Of a stretch of DNA of 64,000 nt, positions 1-11,816 are shown in pieces. The notes beneath the pieces were generated by a model. The model was given only the letters and a program-made list of their open reading frames with translations, was not told the origin of the DNA and ran no database searches. This stretch comes from Octopus vulgaris (taxonomy: Eukaryota): positions 71,052,001-71,116,000 of the forward strand of contig OX597824.1 of NCBI GenBank assembly GCA_951406725.2, given 5' to 3'. The number at the start of each line of letters is the position of its first letter. Within the stretch, counting starts at the first letter, position 1. The translations under genes were made by a program, and so were the position numbers.

Positions 1-36
1 AATAAAACTTGGATGTATTAAATGTCTGTTTTCTTA

Positions 37-75
<39 letters not shown>

Positions 76-77
<2 letters not shown>

Positions 78-507
78 CTCTTTTACACATATCAGTCATT
101 TAGCACTGTTACCATGCTGGAGCACCGCCTCTTTTCAAAGAAATTGATCCCAGGACTTATTCTTTGTAAGCCTAGTAGTTTCAGGGACATAAACACACCA
201 ACATCAGTTGCCAAGCAATGGTGGTGAGGACAAACACAGACACAAAGATACACACACACACACACACAACACACACACACACTCACACACACACACACAC
301 TCACACACACACACACTCACACACACACACATATATATATATATACAGAACAGGCTACTTTCAGTTTCTGTCAACCAAAACCACTCACAAGGCTTGGTCG
401 GCCCGAGGCTATAGTAGAAGACTCTTGCCCAAGGTTCTGCACAGTGGGACTGAGCCCGGAACCATGTGGCTGGTAAGCAAGCTTCTTACCACACAGCCAT
501 GCCTGCA
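76..507 (-). mobile_element. tRNA-derived SINE family B (head ggcgcaggagtggctgtgtggtaag, CORE-like ccttgggcaagtg, internal (TA)/(CA) microsatellite, tail ...gaaacaagtaaaagag)
   Basis: More than 15 similar copies in the window, with A-box- and B-box-like head motifs (tggctgtgtgg, ggttcagtcc). Confidence 0.85.
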
Positions 508-692
508 TCTATATATATGTGTGTGTGTGTGTATTATATAACAGTTTAACTAAGTGCCATATGACTTGAAGTTTTGTGGTGCATTGGACTCATCAGATGA
601 GTCCTACAAAACCATTGAATTAAACTGTTATTATATATATATATAACTCCTACCAAATATGTTCAGTGCTACTTTCTTTCAATTCTTCATTC

Positions 693-730
<38 letters not shown>

Positions 731-957
731 TGTATTCACACACATTGTTGGGACCACATGAATACATGTTTGTATATACTTATATATGTAGAAAGAAGAA
801 ATTGATTATAAAATGAAAAATTAATTGTAATCTATAAAGAAAACCAAACAATGATTTCCTTTAGGAAAGTTCACATATTTCACATAACTGTTAAGTTCCA
901 AAGCATTTACAGTCTTAGAAAAAAAAAAAAAAAAATGGCAAGGTCTTATAAATATCT

Positions 958-963
958 TTTATT
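958..963 (-). terminator. Candidate polyadenylation signal AATAAA
   Basis: tttatt on + strand, ~35 nt after the predicted stop codon. The motif is common in AT-rich DNA. Confidence 0.3.
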
Positions 964-996
964 GCACAAATTTCTTGGTGGAAATATCAGAACAGT

Positions 997-1039
997 TTAT
1001 AATATACATTGTGGACATTTTTGGTACAAATCTGTTTTC
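997..1039 (-). CDS. WFDC1: Probable terminal coding exon of the WFDC1-like gene (KTDLYQKCPQCIL*)
   Basis: Strong acceptor on the minus strand: ACTAAC branch point, ~30-nt pyrimidine-rich tract, then tttcag. A phase-2 join to exon 6 gives a short frame ending in TAA at 997-999, and AATAAA follows at 958-963. No homology support. Confidence 0.5.
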
Positions 1040-1242
1040 CTGAAATGATAAAAAAATAATAAAAGAAAAGTTAGTGTTAATTTATGTTAAAATGGGGTTG
1101 ATGATGGTTTTACAACAAGAATTTAACTATTAGAACATTAGATACCCCTGTCATCAGATTTGTAGATTGCCCATTGGAGTTACACATCATGACAAACATG
1201 CTTATTTTGTTTGTGATGTATGTTGAGTTATTTGTGTGTTTT

Positions 1243-1482
1243 AAGGTGGCGAGCTGGCAGAAACGTTAGCACACCAGGCAAAATGCTTTGCAGTATTTCG
1301 TCTACTGTTACGTTCTGCGATCAAATTCCGCCGAGGTCGACTTTGCCTCTCATCCTGTTGGGGGTCGATAAATTAAGTACCAGTTAAGCACTGGGGTCGA
1401 TTTAATCGACTTAATCCGTTTGTCTGTCCTTGTTTGTCCCTTCTGTGTTTAGCCCCCCTGTGGGTAGTAAAGAAATAGGTAT
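1243..1482 (+). mobile_element. tRNA-derived SINE family A (head aggcggcgagctggcagaa, B-box gttcaaattcc, central gcctttcatcctttcggggtcgataaa, tail ...aaagaaatagg)
   Basis: About 20 copies or fragments in the window. The central block resembles the conserved MetaSINE-type domain (from memory). Confidence 0.85.
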
Positions 1483-3129
1483 TGTGACCTTGTGTTGCAA
1501 TATGAATATTGCTTCTTTAATCAATTATCTATCTCTGTGGGGAATTTTATCAAGTATGGACACATCATCTGTTAATATTTTTCTATTGGTTTTTTTTAAT
1601 GGTGTGTGATGTAATGTGTTGCAACAGTTTCTTAGTATGTCCTTTCATAGTGAGCCCATAAGAGAATGTTGTACTTGGAAAGCCACAATCATACAGGGAG
1701 CATTAAAAATTGTTAATATATACAGAGCGATTCAGAAATCCCCTTTAGCCCTTGAATGATGTATATATTTTTTATTTATTTGTTTTGTTTTGTGTTTTTT
1801 TACAATCTATTTTTACTTCTTAGTAATATTTTCTTTGCTATTTATTTGTGAATAAATGAATGTTTTTACCCCAAGTACAGCATGTGTTTTTGACTTCAAG
1901 GACTCAACTGTAAATTACAAGTCAAGCCTGCTTTTTGTTTCAGTTTGATAAACTTGAATAAAGAGACTTTGAGACATTGCTCAGGACAAAAATACAATAA
2001 CATTAGTAAAAGTATGAACTTATGACCATATGTTTGGTAATTTAACTTCACTAACAAACAATTAATATATATCTTGTAAATAAATTACACCAAATTTGAA
2101 TAAGTGCATAGATTTTGTTGTTATTGTAATTTGAGCCTTAAGGCAGACCTATGAGCAAAAGCATTATGGCTTTGGCTGTCTCGTTTTTGTTTTTTTGGGG
2201 GTTTTTTTTTTCAAGTATGTCCTTCCTGTTTTTAAATATTTTAGAGATTTGATTGACTTCTCATAGAAGCTAGAGTTAGCACAGATCAATTTCTCCAAAA
2301 ATGGGCCACCAGGAAATCCAGAGTTGTATGAAAAATCTGCTGGTGTTCTCTGGGTTAAAATATTTTCTAATAAAATTTAATTAAATTAATTTTATGAAAA
2401 ACACAATGTTCATCCGTTTTTTAATTTTTATTTAAGTTACGATATGCATTTCCTTATTTACATTAATAAATTATGACTCTAAAAATTTTTGCTTCATTTG
2501 ATGTCTTATTCAAGCTATCAAATATTGTCCATTAATATACAGGAATGGGTCTGCAGAAGCTCAGTTGTTGGTGTATAGGGATGTGATTAAGAATGAACTC
2601 GTACACAGCCCAAGCAAAGTTAATTAAAGTCACTCAATAACAACTAAATAATAATAACTCCTATTGAATTGCATTTTTTCGTGATCTATCAACTAAAGAT
2701 CGGGAATTTGTCAATGAACATATGTAAAAGTTGTCTCCCTTGTATGTACGAGTTATGCCCCATTTAACCTGATACTATTAAATAATTTCTTTCTTTTTTT
2801 TTTTTAGATCGTTATTGTCAGAATCATTAAAATAACGAATACAATATCTTGCGATATTTAATTGTATACGTTCTGAATTCAAATACCGTTCAGGCCATCT
2901 TTAACTTTTATCCTTGCAGAGTCGCTAAAATAGGAGCCAACTGAGTTCTTGTCCATACAATCCCAACTTTGAAATCTTAGGATCGCATTATAAATCTAAG
3001 TTTTATTTTCGATTTATAGTAAGATCACTGAGTCATTCTTATGATCCATTTAGCAATTAACGGCTGGTCTATAATATTTCCATTTATTTTCCTTCCAAAT
3101 ATTTCTCTCTGCTGTGCTAACCTTGGATC

Positions 3130-3538
3130 GTAGAGTGACCCGCTGTTCTTGAGGAGACCTAGTGAGTCAAGTACGTCAACATCAGCACCAAAATAAAAAT
3201 CAAATGGAAATTGTAGTTATGATACCCGTGCTAGTGGCACATAAAAAGCACCATCCGAACTCGGCTGATGCCAGCACCGCCTCACTGGCATCCATGTCGG
3301 TGACACATAAAAGGCACCAACCGATCGTGGCCGTTTGCTAGCCTTTTCTGGCCCCAGTGGCACGTAAAAAGCACCCACTACACTCACAGAGTGGTTTGTG
3401 TTAGGAAGGGCATCCAGCTGTAGAAACACTGCCAGATCAGACTGAAGCCTGGCGCAGCCTCCAGGCTTCCAGACCCCGGTCAAACCATCCAACCCTTGCT
3501 AGCATGGAAAACGGACGTTAAACGATGATGATGATGAT
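3130..3538 (+). mobile_element. RTE-clade LINE 3' end with repeated gtggcacgtaaaaagcacc units and (GAT)n tail
   Basis: Same 3' end (ttaggaagggcatccagctgtagaaac...ggacgttaaacgatgatgat) recurs at 13.2-13.7 kb and 16.3-16.6 kb. Confidence 0.75.
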
Positions 3539-3843
3539 ATGTTTGTGTTTATGTGTGTAGAAATTAATTCATTTTTACTCTGTTACCAACTCTCCAAGCC
3601 ATGACCATGGTTTAGCTGATATTTAGCTTTAAGAAAGAAATCTTGCATGAAAATATCTTCACTTACATTGTGTATTTTGGGGAGTTCTGAGGTTAGGCAG
3701 TTCCATCACATGATCAGGTCAAGAGGTCATGTCCTACGTTTTCTCTTACAAGTCAGTTTTCCTTCAATACAGTTACTGGAAATGGAAAGTAAATGAATAA
3801 ATAAATAAATAATAATGATTTCAAATTTTGACACTAGGCCAGC

Positions 3844-4776
3844 GGATCTTTTCTTTTTGAAGGCCAGATTTTCCTAGTTAACTAAACAATTTGAAACTTC
3901 GTATACTGGTAGAATGTGTCAAAAGAAAACATTATTGTAAACAAAATTGAAAACAAAATTGTAATTCGTAACTTAAACGTAGTTTAATTTTAAGAATTTT
4001 AACCAATGAAATCGCAGCATTCGAGCTCAAATTATTTACCTCTTCTTCTGTCTTCTACATGTGCTAGAAATAACAGCTATATCTCTTAAATCGATTAATT
4101 TCGTCGCCCAATAAAAATATTAACGATATTTTTTGAATATTTTCTTTCTTTTTTTTTTTTTACCGAAAAGGCTTCTCCCATGGTTTTGAAGGGCCAGAAA
4201 CAACAAAAACAAAACAATAATATGCCTAAATCGGTCTTGAGTTTGCGCGTGGAGTGTGAGTCGTATTGTAAAAATTTGCGAAATATTTTTTCATAAAAGG
4301 ATGCCCCCAGCTTGTCGGAAGCTGTGATATAAATTGGGAAAAAATCCTCGACACCAGTGCGTAATTGGTACTTAATTTATCGACCCCGAAATGATGAAAC
4401 ATTGACCCCCACCCCTCCTTCTGTGCAAATTTGTTGCGGCAAGTGGCAAAACACAACGTGTATTTTTGCTTGTGTGTGTATGTGTGTGTATGTATATGTC
4501 CGTTTGTATGTGTGTGTACGCTTATATATTAATTACTATGTGCTTGTGCAAATGTGTGTGTGTGTGTCGTGCGTCTGCTATATTTCTTTATCAATATCGA
4601 TAACGCAGCAATGTTGGGATTTCATTGGTTAATATTCGTAAAAATTAAACTACGTTTAAGTTACAAATTACAATTTTGTTTACAATAATGTTTTCTTTTG
4701 ACACATTCTACCAGTATACGAAGTTTCAAATTTTTTAGTTAACTAGGAAAATCTGGCCTTCAAAAAGAAAAGATCC
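3844..4776. mobile_element. Merlin-type MITE, ~180-bp TIRs starting GGATCTTTTC, 8-bp TSD aggccagc
   Basis: The long inverted arms are directly visible. aggccagc is present at 3836-3843 and 4777-4784. GG..CC termini with an 8-bp TSD are typical of Merlin/IS1016. Confidence 0.8.
4040..4063 (-). CDS. Candidate 24-nt micro-exon (phase 2-2) inside a MITE, giving ...KGKW-C-TCRRQKK-R
   Basis: ttatttctag|CACATGTAGAAGACAGAAGAAGAG|gtaaat. It preserves frame between exon 6 and the 997-1039 exon and creates a WCxC motif, but could be a chance match. Confidence 0.3.
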
Positions 4777-5204
4777 AGGCCAGCAATTTCGTGGGAGAAA
4801 GTAAGTTGATTACATCAACCCCAGAACTTCATTGGTACTTTATGGAATATGAAAGGATGAATGCAATATATTTGAACTCGGTAAAGGGCTGGAAGAAATA
4901 CTATTAAGCATTTTGTTCAATAGTCTAATGATTCCATATCATGAAAATTGTTCAAAACAATTATTCGAAAAATGGTTATTTGAAATAAATATCATTTGTG
5001 TACTTGATTTTTAATTCTATCATTTTTGTTTAAATAAAATTAAAAATTTAGGATAATTAACATTTTGTATAATTGTGCTTTTGAATAATTTTCATTCATA
5101 CAATTTTCCATTCAAATAATTGTTTTCGAACAATTGTTTTCGAACAATTGTTTTCAAATAATGTTTACATAATCAGTGATTCTACCAGATTGGTACCTTC
5201 AATA

Positions 5205-6345
5205 CTTCTTTCTAATTTTGGCATAAGACCAACAATTTTGAGAGGAAGGGTAAGTCAATTATATTGACTCCAGTACATGACTGGTGCTTATTTTATCAAT
5301 CCTGAAAGGATGAAAAGTGAAGTTGAACTTGGTGGTATTTGAATTCAGAATTCGGGGTCGATTAAATAAGTACCAGTTACACACTGGGGTCGATGTAATC
5401 GACTTAATCCGTTTGTCTGTCCTTGTTTGTCCCCTCTGTGTTTAGCCCCTTGTGGGTAATAAAGAAATAGGTATTTGAATTCAGAACATGATAAGTAAAA
5501 AAAAATATGGAGCTAAGCATTTTGTCTGATGCTCTAAAGATTCTTATTTCTTTATTGCCCACAAGGGGCTCAACATACAGGGGACAAAGAAGGACAGACA
5601 AAGGGATTAAGTCGATTACATCGACCCCAGTGCATAACTAGTACTTAATTTATCGACCCCGAAAGGATGAAAGGCAAAGTCGACCTCAGCGGAATTTGAA
5701 CTCAGAACATAACAGCAGACGAAATACTGCTAAGCATTTCGCCCGGCGTGCTAACATTACTGCCAGCTTGCCGTCTAAAGATTCTCACTGCCTAAAGATT
5801 CCGCCTAAAGATGCTCTAAAGATTCTGCCAGCTTGCCGTCTAAAGATTCTCACTGCCTAAAGATTCCGCCTAAAGATGCTCTAAAGATTCTGCCAGCTTG
5901 CCGTCTAAAGATTCTCACTGCCTAAAGATTCCGCCTAAAGATGCTCTAAAGATTCTTCCAGCTTGGCACCTTCAATACTTCTGTCTAATTTTCGCACAAG
6001 GCCAGCAATTTTGAGGAAAGTGGGCAAATCATTTACATCAATCCCAGAACTTGACTGGTTCTTTTATCAACCCTGATAGGATGAAAAGTAAAGTTGACCT
6101 CGGTGGAATTTTAACTCAGAATGTAAAGAACCAGAATTTCACAAGCATTTTGTCCAACACAATTAACAATTCTACCGGGTCATCATCTTACTTAATAAAA
6201 TCGGTTTCAAATTTTGGCACAAGGCCAGTAATTTTGGTAAATCAATTACATCGATCTCAATATTCATCTGGTGCTTATTTTATCAACCCCAAAAGGATAA
6301 AAGGCAAAGTCAACCTCAGTAGCATTTGAACTCAGAACATAAGAA
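5205..6345. mobile_element. Cluster of nested and tandem SINE-A copies of different ages
   Basis: An old minus copy is interrupted by a + copy (5351-5470, TSD ggtatttgaattcagaa) and by a young minus copy (5545-5775). Two further degenerate copies follow. Confidence 0.8.
5761..5955. repeat. Three perfect 65-bp tandem repeats with internal ctaaagat subrepeats
   Basis: Unit tgccagcttgccgtctaaagattctcactgcctaaagattccgcctaaagatgctctaaagattc starts at 5761, 5826 and 5891. Confidence 0.92.
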
Positions 6346-6347
6346 CA

Positions 6348-6575
6348 GACAGTTCTTGGCCCCCTTTTATTTGTTGCATATGTTAATGACATAGATGCCA
6401 ACTTAAAGAATGCCACAGTGCTGAAATATGCAGATGACATCAAGCTGTACCTCGAAATAAGCATGTATCTGACTCATACAGTTCGCTTTCCAAACATTTG
6501 TACATTACTGCATATGCTTTATACGCACTTTCTGACAAGTTGTGGCGCACCCAAGCACTGTATACAATAATTTCA

Positions 6576-6620
<45 letters not shown>
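6348..6620 (+). mobile_element. CR1/L2-like LINE remnant: RT fragment fused to a 3' tail with (TTA)n
   Basis: Translates VLGPLLFVAYVNDIDANLKNATVLKYADDIKLYLEIS (RT YADD motif), followed by a short UTR and an (ATT)n run. Confidence 0.8.
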
Positions 6621-6621
<1 letters not shown>

Positions 6622-6846
6622 ATAAATAATATTAAAAACAAAACCTCAAATTTTGAGTGATTACTTTTATTATTTCTATTTTTCATTCATTTGTTTATTT
6701 TATTTGTTCATCTTGTATTAGAGAAATGGAAGAGGAAGAAATTTTATACTTTAAGGAGAAAAAGATGATGCATTTGTAATCATGGCAACCACACTCCACC
6801 ATCACCATTTCCCATCTTAAACTATGATCCTTTTACAAAGATTTAT

Positions 6847-7269
6847 TACTCTCTTTACTCTATTACTTGTTTCAGTCATTTGACTGTGGCCATGCTGGAG
6901 CACCGCCTTTAGTCGAGCAAATCGACCCCAGGACTTATTCTTTGTAAGCCTAGTACTTATTCTATCATTCTCTTTTGCCGAACCGCTAAGTTACGGGGAC
7001 GTAAACACACTAGCATCGGTTGTCAGGAGATGTTGGGGGGGACAAACACAAACACACACACACACACACATATATATATACATACATACATACATATACA
7101 TATATACGACAGGCTTCTTTCAGTTTCTGTCTACCAAATCCACTCACAAGGCTTTGGTCGGTCCGATGCTATAGTAGAAGACACTTGCCCAAGGTGCCAC
7201 ACAGTGGGACTGAACCTGGAACCATGTGGTTGATAAGCAAACTACTTACCACACAGCCACTTCTGCGCC
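6847..7269 (-). mobile_element. SINE family B copy
   Basis: Full-length match to the other copies. Confidence 0.88.
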
Positions 7270-7577
7270 AATTGCATAATTTCTTTTTAAAAGGATAAAA
7301 ACCTCACTTAGCAACGCACTATAACCCTTGTCCCACATGTGGTGTCACATCTCTCTATCTATTCTACCACTATTACGAATGATATCAAGGTTTCTGAGTT
7401 ATAGTTACATAGCATGTCAACCCAATATCACCTGGCCCACCCGTCCACCATACTGTTGATTACCACCCAGCTACCTCAGCATCAATACTAATCATTATAT
7501 CCAACCCATCATCAACTAGAACTTCAAATCCTCAGGAATATTATTCCAGACTTAAAGTTTTACAATGTTTAAACAGT

Positions 7578-8010
7578 ATAGGTGTAGGAGTGGCTGTGTG
7601 GTATGTATAGGCGTGGTAAGTAGCTTGCTTATGAACCACATAGTTCCGGGTTCAGTCCCACTGCGTGGTACCTTGGGCAAGTGTCTTCTATTATAGCCTC
7701 GGGCAGACCAAACTCTTGTGAGTAGATTTGGTAGACGGAAACTGAAAAAAGCCCGTCGTATATATGTATATATATATATATATATGTATGTGTGTATATA
7801 TGTTTGTGTGTCTGTGTTTGTCCCCCCAACATCGCTTCACAACCAATGCTGGTGTGTTTACATCCACATAATCTAGTGGTTCAGCAAAAGAGACCGATAG
7901 AATAAGTACAAGGCTTACAAAGAATAAGTCCTGGGGTCGATTTGCTTGACTAAGTGCAATGCTCCAGCATGGCCACAGTCAAATGACTGAAACAAGTAAA
8001 AGAGTAAAAG
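7578..8010 (+). mobile_element. SINE family B copy, inverted relative to 6847-7269
   Basis: Full-length match with several CpG-to-TpG/CpA changes. Confidence 0.88.
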
Positions 8011-8207
8011 TGTGTCAGACTGTGTTTACAAGGTCGGGTGCACTTTTTTCTTCATCCTAGCTAAGCCATACATTTAAATTGCTGAATGAAAGTAAGCTTG
8101 TCTCTTTACCAAAAGTTGAATCTATTCAGTTTGTTTCTTTGAAACTAAACAGATGGTCATGGAGGAAAATATGTTTTAAATGATAATGGAATATGAATTA
8201 TACATTT

Positions 8208-8716
8208 CAGGCACAGATGTAGCTGTGTGGTTGAGAAGTTTGTTCCCCAGCCACATGGTTTCAGGTTCAGTTCTTCTGTCCAGCATCTTGGTCAAGTTGT
8301 TTTCTGCTACAGCCAACCCTGGACTGACCAAAGATTTGTAAGTGGTTTTGGCTAGTAGGCAGAAAGGGAAAGATGCCTGTCACATGTGTGTGTGTGTGTA
8401 TTTATATGTGTGTGTGTATTTATATGTGTTTATGTTATGTGTGTGTGCGTGTGTGTGTGAGTTGTGTATAAGTTTGTGTCTCCAACTATCATGTGATAGT
8501 TGTAAATAAGTGTCACTGTCATACAAGCAGGGTCATTCATTTCCAATATTCAGCAAAAACATCTCAGGCCATGGGGAAATATTCTATTACTTGGAAACAA
8601 GTGAGGGTTGGCAACCGGAAGGATATCTAGCCACAGAAAATCTGACTCAATAAACTCTGTCTGACCCTTACAAGAATAAAAAAAAAGTGTACATTAAAAC
8701 AATGATGATGAAGATG
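8208..8716 (+). mobile_element. Old SINE with family-B head but RTE-like tail
   Basis: The head matches SINE-B. The 3' part gttggcaaccggaaggatatctagcc...acattaaaacaatgatgatga matches the RTE tail. Confidence 0.65.
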
Positions 8717-9140
8717 AATCTCTTCAGTTTTGGAGTACTTGACTAAACCAGTGAAAGGATTGTTCAGTGAAGCCTGTGTTTGTCTTTACTGAGAGACTTT
8801 AACCCCTTTTGTTACCACATTTCTGTTGCAATACATTGCTTTTGTTTTAATTAATTTTGAAAATAATGAATTTAGTAAAATAATTCTGTTGTTATTAATC
8901 AGTGTTTGGAACATAAATTAACATGAAATTTTGATGGAAGTGGAGGGAGTTGGGGGGGGGGGCTAATTTAGATCACTTTAAAATAAGGAGCTTGTAACAT
9001 AGAATCAGAGGTAGTCTCAGGTGGATTTGTATCAAAAGGGTGAAGACTGTTTACCCAACTTCTTGTAATCACAAAAGCATTTAAAAAAAAAAACAAGAAT
9101 TTGACATTAGAACATCCAGCCGTAGAAATCATGACAATAT

Positions 9141-9360
9141 TTGTTTCTTTATTACCCACAAGGAGCTAAACATAGAGGGGACAAACAAGGACAGACAAAC
9201 AGAATAAGTCGATTACATTGACCCCAGTGCATAACTGGTACTTAATTTATCGACCCTCAAAGGATGAAAGGCAAAGTCAACCTCAGCAGAATTTGAACTC
9301 AGAACGTAACAGCAGACGAAATATGGCTACGCATTTCGCCCGGCATGCTAACAGTTCTGA
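9141..9360 (-). mobile_element. SINE family A copy
   Basis: Reverse-complement match to 1243-1482. Confidence 0.85.
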
Positions 9361-9603
9361 ACCTTGGCGCAGTCCTTTGGTTCACCTGTTGAACCAAAGC
9401 CATGCCAACATGGGAAATAGACATTAAATCTTGATGATGAGTATCTGTTCAAAGTTGTAGACAATAGTTTTGCATTTAGGAAGCTAAAATGTTGCACATG
9501 GGTACAGCTTTTGATGGAGGTCATAGCTTGTGATTTTTGTTTTTTATAATACCTTCTATCAAAAAATCAAGTTTGCTGCTGGAGGAGTATGAATGCTACT
9601 TAC

Positions 9604-9718
9604 CACCATTTTCCTTTGTAGTGTACTGATGCTCCATTTAAGAAAACTATGGAATCTTCATAACAAGAGGTTGGATCTATATGTTTTGTTTTTTGTTCTC
9701 TTTGTTCATAATCTTTCA
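9604..9718 (-). CDS. WFDC1: WFDC1-like exon 6 (115 nt, phase 1-2)
   Basis: Long T-rich tract plus tgaatcag acceptor and GTG|gtaagt donor. The only open frame is the one required by exon 5: (M)KDYEQREQKTKHIDPTSCYEDSIVFLNGASVHYKGKW(TG..). Confidence 0.8.
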
Positions 9719-10179
9719 CTGATTCAAAGACAAAAAAAAAAGAAGTATCATTATTAATTCAACAGGATTAATAGCATAACATGCTAACTAAAAGTTTTCA
9801 CATCAGCCAAAATACAATGCTCATTTATTCATATTTTGCTTCCATTTTTGTTGGTTTAGATCTAACTTCGACAAAAATGGAAGGAAAAGGTATGATCTAT
9901 GCATAGCAGAAAAAGTAAAATTCTCAAAGCCAAGCATAAGATGCACTTGTTTTTAAACACCAGATCAGAGATATTTTGAAATGCAGGCACTTCAAGAACC
10001 ATCTGTTATGAAACTTGGACACCATGCCATGACTTCACAAAAATCACACAAACAGATTGATATTTGAATTTGCTTCACATTAGGCTTCGTTCATGTTTAC
10101 TGCCATCTTTTTTCTCTTTTATGTTTCCCCTTTCTTACATTCTTCTCTTACATTTTCTTATAACATTAACCTCTTTTTC

Positions 10180-11345
10180 ACACCAATATTATGCTCTTCT
10201 ACATTCATTGAGAGATCAGCCTTCATTCACCACTTCTAACCAAGTCTTCCTTGATCTTCCTCTTCTGCTGGTTACCTCCACATGTGTCTCTTACTTCTTC
10301 TCCACACTCATGTCATCATCCATAACATTACATGTCCATACTAATGAAACTGTCTCACTTGTATGCGACAACTGATTCCACTTTTATATAGATTTTCTCT
10401 TACCACATCTCTGCCTCACCATTCAGGTACACTGACATTACACATCCGGCAGATCATAATCATTCCATTCCTTTCCAAACTGTGCAATCCATTGCATTTA
10501 GATCCCCCAGCTCACTACCATGTTAGTATACAAGTATTGTACAACTTATTCTTTACCCAGAGAAAGAGAGAGAGAGAGAGAGAGAGACTCTCCTGTTACC
10601 ACCCACACTATCTTAATTGTGACAATTGTATTTTCAGAACACTTTCAACCACTGCTTATTGGACTGCCCAGGCAGCAGAAGCCATCAGCTACTTCCATAG
10701 AGCCTTTTGAGCATTGCAAGGAATTCATTTCAACTACTTCTTTGAGAGCTAACTATTCTTATTTCTTTATTGCCCACAAGGGGCTAAACATAGGGGGGAC
10801 AAACAAGGACATTAAGTCGATAACATTGACCCCAGTGAGTAACTGGTACTTAATTTATCGACCCCCAAAAGGATGAAAGGCAAAATCGACCTCGGCGGAA
10901 TTTGAACTCACAACGTAATGGCAGACGAAATACTGCTAAGCGTTTCGCCCAGTGTGCTAACGTTTCTGCCAGCTCGCCACCTTAACTATTCTTAACTCTT
11001 AACAAGAGAGCTAACTATTCTTGTGCTTCTACTACAAACAAAGCCCTTAATCAATGTCAGTCTACTTCGATTCCACTACACCTATTATGCACATATAAAT
11101 TACTTTGAGTACATCACTTAGAATTTCTGCCTACCACTTTTCTGCTGTTTCCCTGTCAGTGTCAGAGTCTTGTTTACTTTCTGACTTGCTAAAACCTTAG
11201 TCTGTCCTTGTTGAGCTTTCTCTTGGGCCTCTTGACTCTAGGTTTTGTTTCCACAACTGGAATTTCTTTTCTAAATCTTCTATAAATTCTTCTATAAGGT
11301 CTAGATCATCAGCATATAACAGTTCCCACTAGCAGCTGGTCTAAA
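10180..11345 (-). mobile_element. Decayed RTE-clade LINE ORF fragments, interrupted by a SINE-A
   Basis: The minus strand reads WELLYADDLDLIEEFIEDLEKKFQLWKQNLESRG near 11.2-11.3 kb and RRGRSRKTWLEVV near 10.25 kb, the RT core and the typical RTE C-terminal motif. Confidence 0.75.
10760..10983 (-). mobile_element. SINE family A copy with TSD gagagctaactattctt
   Basis: TSD at ~10744-10760 and ~11006-11022, with extra partial target copies at the 5' junction. Confidence 0.85.
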
Positions 11346-11759
11346 ACATTACTGTTACATCGTTTTTTTTTTTTTAAAATACTTGCTCGCATTCCATTCA
11401 TCATATACGCAGTCATCACATTCTGCTAAAATGTTTTACTGATGTGTTTGGTTTTTTCTTTATCTGATGAAAAGATTGCATTGTTTTACATCATTTTATT
11501 CCTTCTGGAATAAAACCAATCTTTTCTTCGAAACCTATGTTGGAAGTAAAAAGATTTGAATAGCATCTGCATTTAACTCCATTTATTTATTTATTTATTT
11601 ATGTAATACAGAAACATTTCCCCAAAACCTGGACTTTCTACTTTTGTAAATAGGCTGTTACATCCTTGGTACTTGTGTGAATTTTTGCTACCTTGGTAAC
11701 TATTTATTTTTTTTTTTTTTCCATGTTATTTGTAAACATTGAAAAAATACACTTACATT

Positions 11760-11783
11760 TATGTACATATATATATATGTATA

Positions 11784-11816
<33 letters not shown>

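Noticed and set aside
576-604. Perfect hairpin ggactcatc-a-gatgagtcc containing CTGATGAGTCC on the minus strand
   Set aside because: No downstream GGAC-GAAA to complete a hammerhead. It sits in a small inverted-repeat element.
9604-9718. Exon 6 plus terminal exon peptide (SIVFLN...KTDLYQK) superficially resembles a Penelope RT thumb motif
   Set aside because: The similarity is short and spans an 8.5-kb intron. The exon is better explained as part of the WFDC1-like gene.
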